The notes under the pieces were generated by a model, which did not search any database, was not told the origin of the DNA, and worked only from the letters and a program-made list of their open reading frames with translations. From Candidatus Heimdallarchaeota archaeon (GTDB lineage: Archaea > Asgardarchaeota > Heimdallarchaeia > Heimdallarchaeales > Heimdallarchaeaceae), in NCBI GenBank assembly GCA_016839945.1, contig JAEOTE010000125.1:1-32057 (forward strand): a DNA stretch of 32,057 bases. Reading direction: 5' to 3'. The stretch's first letter is position 1, and each line of letters begins with the position of its first letter. Shown piece after piece: positions 26,830-32,057 of the stretch. Made by a program: the position numbers and the translations under genes.

Positions 26830-29445
26830 TTATCCTTTCATTTGTTGCTTCTTTGGTTTTTCTATCTTCCTGATACATGATTTAGACTGTTTACTTAGGA
26901 CTTCTTCTTCTAACACTTTTGCTAGTCGCTGTACTGCTTCTAAATGATGAACCAGCGTGTCTAAATAACTAAAAACATCTCCTGGGTAAAGCTGAATATT
27001 ATGTTTTTTTCTTACTTCTTCAGCTATTCTTGAAGGAGAATATCCCTCATTTCTTAAATCAACGATAATCTTTGAGAAATTTATCTCACCACAACCACAA
27101 AATGGTTTGTCAGAACAATTACAATCTAGGAAACTTTTTGTCCAATCAGTAAAGGTATCAATTACAAACTTAGAAGGATTCTTTCTCCCCCAACCATGTC
27201 CAGAATAAAGATCTAGAACTACACCAGAGAAGATATTTGTGGAGATTGTAGATTTTAAAATTCTTTCAATTTCACCATGTAGTCTTGATGATAAATGAGC
27301 CGATCTAAATGGTTGAATTTTGATAGCTAAATTATATGCAAAATCTTCACTGAAATCTTTTGATTTTTGCCTTTTAATCTCTTGAACAAGACGTAACGCA
27401 TAAGAAGGAGCTAAGAAGGATAACGAAACTGCTTTTCCCAACTTTGTTGGATAAATAATTTTATTTTCAACACTAATCATTTCCATTTTTCTAAGAGCCT
27501 TCATATTCTCCCTTAAAGGAGTAGATCTACCTAATATATTAGCAAAAATCATTTTATCATTGGAAATTTCTACTTTTCCAAATGAGGTAACTGTTGCCAA
27601 TATCTCTTCCTCCTCTTGAATAGTATCAAGAACTGGGTCTACATCCTCAATTGGTTTTGTTAGTAAATCGAAAGCAATTTGTTCTTCTGTTTCTTTTTGT
27701 CCAACGAAAATCTTTCTTCCTGGTTCAACAAGCATATAGACTTTCCCTTTATCATGATACCCCAATCTTCCAGCTCTCCCAAGCATCTGGTGAAATTCTG
27801 CAACAGACAGCCAATGAATCCCCATAGCTAAATTATCAAAAATAACTGTTGATGCTGGAAAATCTACTCCTGCTCCTAAAGCAATTGTAGTTACTACGGT
27901 TGAGAATTTACCTTTCTCAAAACCTCTTTCAACAATTTTTCGATGCTTAAATGTTAAACCTGCATGATAAAATGATGATTGAATTCCTCTTTTTTTCAAT
28001 CTTTTAGCAAGTTTTTCACAATTTCTTCTAGAATTCGTAAAAACAAGAGATTGTCCTGCATATCCAGTACTTGATACTACCTTTTCTTCATTTTTACACA
28101 GTTTATATAGATGATTAAACCGTTCTTCTTCTCTTTCTGTTAAAACTGTGTGTCTTTCCAAAGGAATAGGACGATCAAGATATGAAACATAGTCAGCTGA
28201 AAGATCTTCTGCTAGTTTTTCTGGATTTCCTATAGTTGCTGAAAGGTAAATAAATTGAGCTTTAGGAAATAATGCCTTTAATCTAGCTATTAATCCATTA
28301 AGACGAAATCCTCTTCCTTCTGCAACTAGCATCTGAACTTCATCTATTACAATAACACCTAAGTCTCCCATGGCTTTATGTTTTCCATCTCTTAAAAGAA
28401 AATCAAACGCTTCATAGGTTGCTACAACTATATCAGAAGCTTTGAAATCATCATCGATAATTGGAGAAAATTCTCCATCAATCTGTATTCTACTCATCCC
28501 AACTCTAATTGCAGTATTAAGGTTGATTTTCCTATATCTTCTCTTAAATTGTTCATATTTTTGATTTGTTAAAGCAACTAAAGGAGATAGATAAACAAAT
28601 TTCTTACCTTTAAGAGCACTCTTGATTCCTGCTATCTCACCAACAAGAGTTTTTCCAGCTGTTGTCCCAGCAACAATAAGCAAATCATTTCCTTCCATCA
28701 GTCCACTCTCCAGTGATTTCATCTGTATTGGAAGAAGTTTTTTTATTCCTTCTGAAAAGAGTAAATTTCTTATTTTTGTAGGTATTTTTGTTGCATCACG
28801 TATATGTAGAGCTTTTTCATAGGTCTTAGCTGGTATTATATCAAAAAGAGTTGAATCTGGATTATTAATAGGATCCTGTTCTGACCCTAAAGTAATGTTC
28901 TCTAGTACAAAATCTAATTCTCCTTCTCTCTCAGCTTGTTGTTGAAAGAATCTTGTTAATCCCCCTGATACAATCAGATTACTGCGTTGTAATTCTTGCT
29001 CTACCTCATTCTTACAACAGTAACTACATATTCGATGATTCTTATATTTAATCGAATCTTGTTCCAAAGTTGTCCACTTATTTCTCTTAAACAAACAATA
29101 CCAACATAGTTCTGCAACTTTAGGTTTTGATATTTTGAATGTAGAACAATACTCAAGAAATCCCTTTCTATCCCAAGGAACATCAGTGTCTAAAATAAAA
29201 AGAAAATCAGCTTCTCTTAGATGTTCAGTAGCTGTTCTTGGTCGGAGGTAGATGTTTGAGCTTCGACCAATCTTTAAATATTTATAGACTCTCAAATATT
29301 CTTTCTCGTAAATAAATTGCAATCTCATGTGTGTAATGAAATTCTTATCTTTCTTATCTCGTAGATGAAAATACACTATATCAGTAGAGCGCTTATTTTT
29401 GTTCCAGTTGTAAAGCACAGCAATATATGGTTTAGGTAGTTTCAT
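26830..29445 (-). CDS. Archaea-specific Ski2-like SF2 helicase (ASH-Ski2 / DUF5814-type)
   Basis: Q motif LLPIQ, TTAGKT, PLVALTNQKY, DEVQ, LSATIGN, FTNSRR, YHAGL and QMLGRAGR; N-terminal CxxC pairs and C-terminal CNCSDKPFCGCG. Confidence 0.92.
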   Translation of the reverse strand: MKLPKPYIAVLYNWNKNKRSTDIVYFHLRDKKDKNFITHMRLQFIYEKEYLRVYKYLKIGRSSNIYLRPRTATEHLREADFLFILDTDVPWDRKGFLEYCSTFKISKPKVAELCWYCLFKRNKWTTLEQDSIKYKNHRICSYCCKNEVEQELQRSNLIVSGGLTRFFQQQAEREGELDFVLENITLGSEQDPINNPDSTLFDIIPAKTYEKALHIRDATKIPTKIRNLLFSEGIKKLLPIQMKSLESGLMEGNDLLIVAGTTAGKTLVGEIAGIKSALKGKKFVYLSPLVALTNQKYEQFKRRYRKINLNTAIRVGMSRIQIDGEFSPIIDDDFKASDIVVATYEAFDFLLRDGKHKAMGDLGVIVIDEVQMLVAEGRGFRLNGLIARLKALFPKAQFIYLSATIGNPEKLAEDLSADYVSYLDRPIPLERHTVLTEREEERFNHLYKLCKNEEKVVSSTGYAGQSLVFTNSRRNCEKLAKRLKKRGIQSSFYHAGLTFKHRKIVERGFEKGKFSTVVTTIALGAGVDFPASTVIFDNLAMGIHWLSVAEFHQMLGRAGRLGYHDKGKVYMLVEPGRKIFVGQKETEEQIAFDLLTKPIEDVDPVLDTIQEEEEILATVTSFGKVEISNDKMIFANILGRSTPLRENMKALRKMEMISVENKIIYPTKLGKAVSLSFLAPSYALRLVQEIKRQKSKDFSEDFAYNLAIKIQPFRSAHLSSRLHGEIERILKSTISTNIFSGVVLDLYSGHGWGRKNPSKFVIDTFTDWTKSFLDCNCSDKPFCGCGEINFSKIIVDLRNEGYSPSRIAEEVRKKHNIQLYPGDVFSYLDTLVHHLEAVQRLAKVLEEEVLSKQSKSCIRKIEKPKKQQMKG

Positions 29446-29487
29446 ATTAAATCACACAAAAGAAAACAAATTCTTTTATCATTCAAA

Positions 29488-30039
29488 TTACGTTGAATCT
29501 TCTCCTTTAGTATCAGTTATTTCTATTGATTGTCCACAACCTGTACAGAACTTCGCAGTAATTGCATTGATTTTCTCACAATTTTCACATTCTTTTTGCA
29601 ATTTGCTTCCACAGAATTTACAGAATTTCAACAATTTTACTTCTTGTGAACAACTAGGACAAATTACTGTTTTATCTGATGTTTTTGGTTGTTCTGCAGG
29701 AACAGGAGAAGGAGGTTTTTCTTGTGTTGATGGTGCTTGTTCTTGAGTTGCTCCTGGTATCTGTAACCATGCAGGTCGAGAAGGTTTGTAACTAGAGGAT
29801 GGTGTTTCTGTTTCAGCAGTTGATGAAACTGTTATCTCCTCTTTCATTTCTGGATCAACTTCATAAATATACTCTAAAATAGGTGTTTCTTCTGGAACAA
29901 CAATTTTCTTTTTTTGTTGCTTCATAACTGCAAGAGCTAGGAAATCTTTTACATTTTCTTGATCAGAACCACAATGAGGACATATCTTTGTACCTTCCTC
30001 AATTTCTTCCCAGCATGCTAAACAATTTGATGAATTCAT
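29488..30039 (-). CDS. Zinc-ribbon protein: N-terminal ribbon, P/S/T/E-rich linker, C-terminal double zinc ribbon
   Basis: CLAC/CPHC, CPSC/CKFC and CENC/CTGC pairs with a low-complexity linker. Confidence 0.85.
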   Translation of the reverse strand: MNSSNCLACWEEIEEGTKICPHCGSDQENVKDFLALAVMKQQKKKIVVPEETPILEYIYEVDPEMKEEITVSSTAETETPSSSYKPSRPAWLQIPGATQEQAPSTQEKPPSPVPAEQPKTSDKTVICPSCSQEVKLLKFCKFCGSKLQKECENCEKINAITAKFCTGCGQSIEITDTKGEDST

Positions 30040-30211
30040 ATGGGATTAAGCACCTATCAGTGATTTTAACTAAATATACCAGTATTTCTTTCTATTTAAC
30101 ACTTGATATTTATATTTCTGCTATTTTCTTAATGTAATCTCTTATAAAAATAGCTTTCAAACACAATAAAACTACATCGAAAAGATTTTAATGTAAATAA
30201 CTAATCAAACG

Positions 30212-30616
30212 ATGAGAACAATGCCCAAAAAAGTTAAGTTGATAAAATGCAAAAAATGTGGGGAATCTTGGATACCAACTGATGTTCCTACAAATAAGGA
30301 ATGGACTAAAGTAGCTCCAATGCCATCAGCTGATGGTTCAGTAACTATCACAGTAATGGCGACATGGAATTGTCCAAAATGTGGGAAAAGTGTTATGGGA
30401 GCTAAAGGGAAAACTAAAGGCGAATTCAAAGAAGAGGACACTAAAAAATACAAAATTGAACATGCTTTAGACTCTGGTGAAAAATTGAATCTTGAAGAAC
30501 TAGCTGAGGATATTGGTGTCCAAGTTGAAAGCTTGAAAAAGATTATACCAATGTATGTTAAAAAAGAAGGAATTAAAGGAAAAATTGATGGTAATTACTT
30601 TATTCCTGATAAATAG
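30212..30616 (+). CDS. Zn-binding Cren7-like domain fused to a winged helix (PCI-like C-terminus); probable start ATG 30221
   Basis: CKKCG...KEWTKVAPMPSADGSVTITVMATWNCPKCG resembles the Zn-containing Cren7-related family; LNLEELAEDIG...GIKGKID is a winged-helix pattern. Confidence 0.6.
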   Translation: MRTMPKKVKLIKCKKCGESWIPTDVPTNKEWTKVAPMPSADGSVTITVMATWNCPKCGKSVMGAKGKTKGEFKEEDTKKYKIEHALDSGEKLNLEELAEDIGVQVESLKKIIPMYVKKEGIKGKIDGNYFIPDK

Positions 30617-30684
30617 AAATACTAGATGGTAAAGTTTTTTAAAGCATAAAAAAAATCACGGTCAGAAAGTCAGAAGGGAAAAAA

Positions 30685-30909
30685 ATGGTTTTCACTGCAT
30701 ATGATGGTATCTTAACAGGAGGATTGCTAACTTTTCTACTTGTCTTATTCGCTATTCTTTCTGTAATAGCTTTGATATGGTTTGTTTTGTACATAGAAAT
30801 GTCTCAGAGAAAGAATTGGAAACTAAGCGTTACCATCCTTGTAACAAATAGTCTGATAATTGCTTTCGAAATACAATTGATTCTTCTAAAGGTTAATGTA
30901 GTATTCTGA
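30685..30909 (+). CDS. Ost5/TMEM258-like small two-TM protein (putative oligosaccharyltransferase accessory subunit)
   Basis: 74 aa, two TM segments; IWFVLYIEMS and SLIIAF..QLILLKVNVVF resemble recalled TMEM258 AWFFVYEVTS and SLFMGFGVLFLLLWVGIYV. Confidence 0.6.
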   Translation: MVFTAYDGILTGGLLTFLLVLFAILSVIALIWFVLYIEMSQRKNWKLSVTILVTNSLIIAFEIQLILLKVNVVF

Positions 30910-31026
30910 CATTACAAACTTATCTTTTAGCTTTCTAGCTTTATTTTTATCTATTCTTGAGAGACCATAAAAAGATTAAATAGGTAGTTCAACATAAATC
31001 ATCAAGATTAAAAATCAAAGAATAAA

Positions 31027-31893
31027 ATGCGTGGTTTCATGGATAATCAAACATTTTTACATTTCTTATCAAAAGGGGAAATCGTTTCAGCTATACAAAC
31101 CTCAAGTAAGAAAATATCCGTGAAATCAGATGAACAAGCAAGAGAATTATTCGTAAAAGCTATGAAGAATAAAGAAATAACAGCTTCAAAAATAAGAAAA
31201 ACATGGTCAAAAGCAATGGAAAATTTGTTCTTTTCCGAATTCCAACATATGTTTTCATTTACACCTACGAAAAAATTCGATACTTCTACTAAGCTTAAAA
31301 ATGCTTTACAAAAAATGTCCAAAGAGATAGAAAAAGATCTTAATGTTACAGTTTCAAATAGTTATATTTCTAAAATTTCCTCTTCTCCTTTACATTATAT
31401 GTATGTGTTATCATTCAAGAAACTAAAAGATTTTCAAGAATTCTTATCATTACCACTTTCAAAGCAACTTCTAATCTCAATCTTTCCTGAAATCGGTTTT
31501 GCTGCTTTTTGGCCTTTACCTAAAGATGTGAAATACAAATATTCTTCACAATTGTTAAAGGATGCTCTCACTAATCTAACTGATATTAAAATTAATGCTC
31601 TGTTACTAAGAAAATTTACCACTCAAGAAACCATAAATAAACTGGGAATCTCTACTCCACAAGAAATAGCAGGATTTGCTGGTTTGGATGTCATAGAATT
31701 CAGAGGACCTAATGTTATGCTAGGATTATCAGGTCTAAAAAAAAGACATGATGCTAATGTAGATGTAATAACAAGGGTTGGTCCTTTCACAGAAATTGAA
31801 TCAGATACAATTCAATTGATCTGTGGAAAAGGTGTTCTATTTAAGAAATATGAGGGAATTCTTTCTCTTCTAAAAGTGCTTAAATCTAATTAA
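31027..31893 (+). CDS. Hypothetical basic alpha/beta protein (weak by-eye resemblance to CENP-N/Chl4)
   Basis: 288-aa ORF with normal codon composition; no confidently recognised motif. Confidence 0.7.
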   Translation: MRGFMDNQTFLHFLSKGEIVSAIQTSSKKISVKSDEQARELFVKAMKNKEITASKIRKTWSKAMENLFFSEFQHMFSFTPTKKFDTSTKLKNALQKMSKEIEKDLNVTVSNSYISKISSSPLHYMYVLSFKKLKDFQEFLSLPLSKQLLISIFPEIGFAAFWPLPKDVKYKYSSQLLKDALTNLTDIKINALLLRKFTTQETINKLGISTPQEIAGFAGLDVIEFRGPNVMLGLSGLKKRHDANVDVITRVGPFTEIESDTIQLICGKGVLFKKYEGILSLLKVLKSN

Positions 31894-31991
31894 TTTCAAG
31901 TTTTCCAAACTTTTACTTCGTAAAACTGTGATACCTAAAAAAATATAATAAATGAAATGAAGTTCAATAAAAGAAAATAAGGTTTCTAGGA

Positions 31992-32057
31992 ATGATTGAA
32001 GTAATTCAAATTAGTAGAGGAGGTTCAGGAGGAGTAACAGGAGCTAAAATCCTCGCT
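31992..32057 (+). CDS. Probable 5' end of a gene truncated by the window edge (possibly MBL-fold hydrolase)
   Basis: ATG 31992 opens MIEVIQISRGGSGGVTGAKILA, which runs off the end and is reminiscent of the GG..E.GGNKIL start of archaeal MBL/RNase J-like proteins. Confidence 0.35.
   Translation, partial: MIEVIQISRGGSGGVTGAKILA

Noticed and set aside
587-31622. Short ORFs in the track that lie antisense or out of frame inside longer genes (e.g. 587..778, 6280..6531, 7311..7607, 8337..8540, 9219..9578, 12760..12963, 15804..16028, 22063..22395, 28622..28822, 30205..30453, 31047..31322)
   Set aside because: They are fully overlapped by well-supported genes, have no recognisable motifs, and show the composition typical of shadow frames.
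32006-32056. Possible 3' end of a minus-strand gene (ARILAPVTPPEPPLLI*)
   Set aside because: The plus-strand reading from ATG 31992 with an AT-rich upstream region looks more like a real gene start; this cannot be settled without flanking sequence.
1-32057. CRISPR arrays, tRNA/rRNA genes, transposases, integrases, terminal inverted repeats
   Set aside because: No regularly spaced repeats, no GC-rich structured RNA stretch and no mobile-element protein motifs were seen; intergenic gaps are short and AT-rich.

Overview
This is an AT-rich, gene-dense archaeal window. Its content points to an Asgard archaeon, possibly Heimdallarchaeia-like (inference). Supporting genes are a short archaeal-type PurA, an ASH-Ski2 helicase, a Rab-like GTPase without a prenylation motif, and several longin/roadblock-like proteins. 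I saw no rRNA, tRNA, CRISPR array or mobile element. The left end holds a tandem array of at least three paralogous large single-pass surface glycoproteins whose cytoplasmic tails are a longin-like domain plus a winged helix; one member is truncated by the window edge and missing from the ORF track. The window also has many apparent homologues of eukaryotic membrane and lipid-anchor machinery: a six-TM GDE2/GDE3 (GDPD5)-type phosphodiesterase, a full-length N-myristoyltransferase-like double-GNAT, a CCDC47 (PAT complex)-like protein next to the Rab-like GTPase, an Ost5/TMEM258-like protein, and an AN1 zinc finger fused to a degenerate M50 protease. There is also a TPR-membrane / GIFT(IFT52-like) / longin-roadblock gene trio. 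All homology calls are by-eye comparisons with family motifs recalled from memory and need HMM or structure confirmation.
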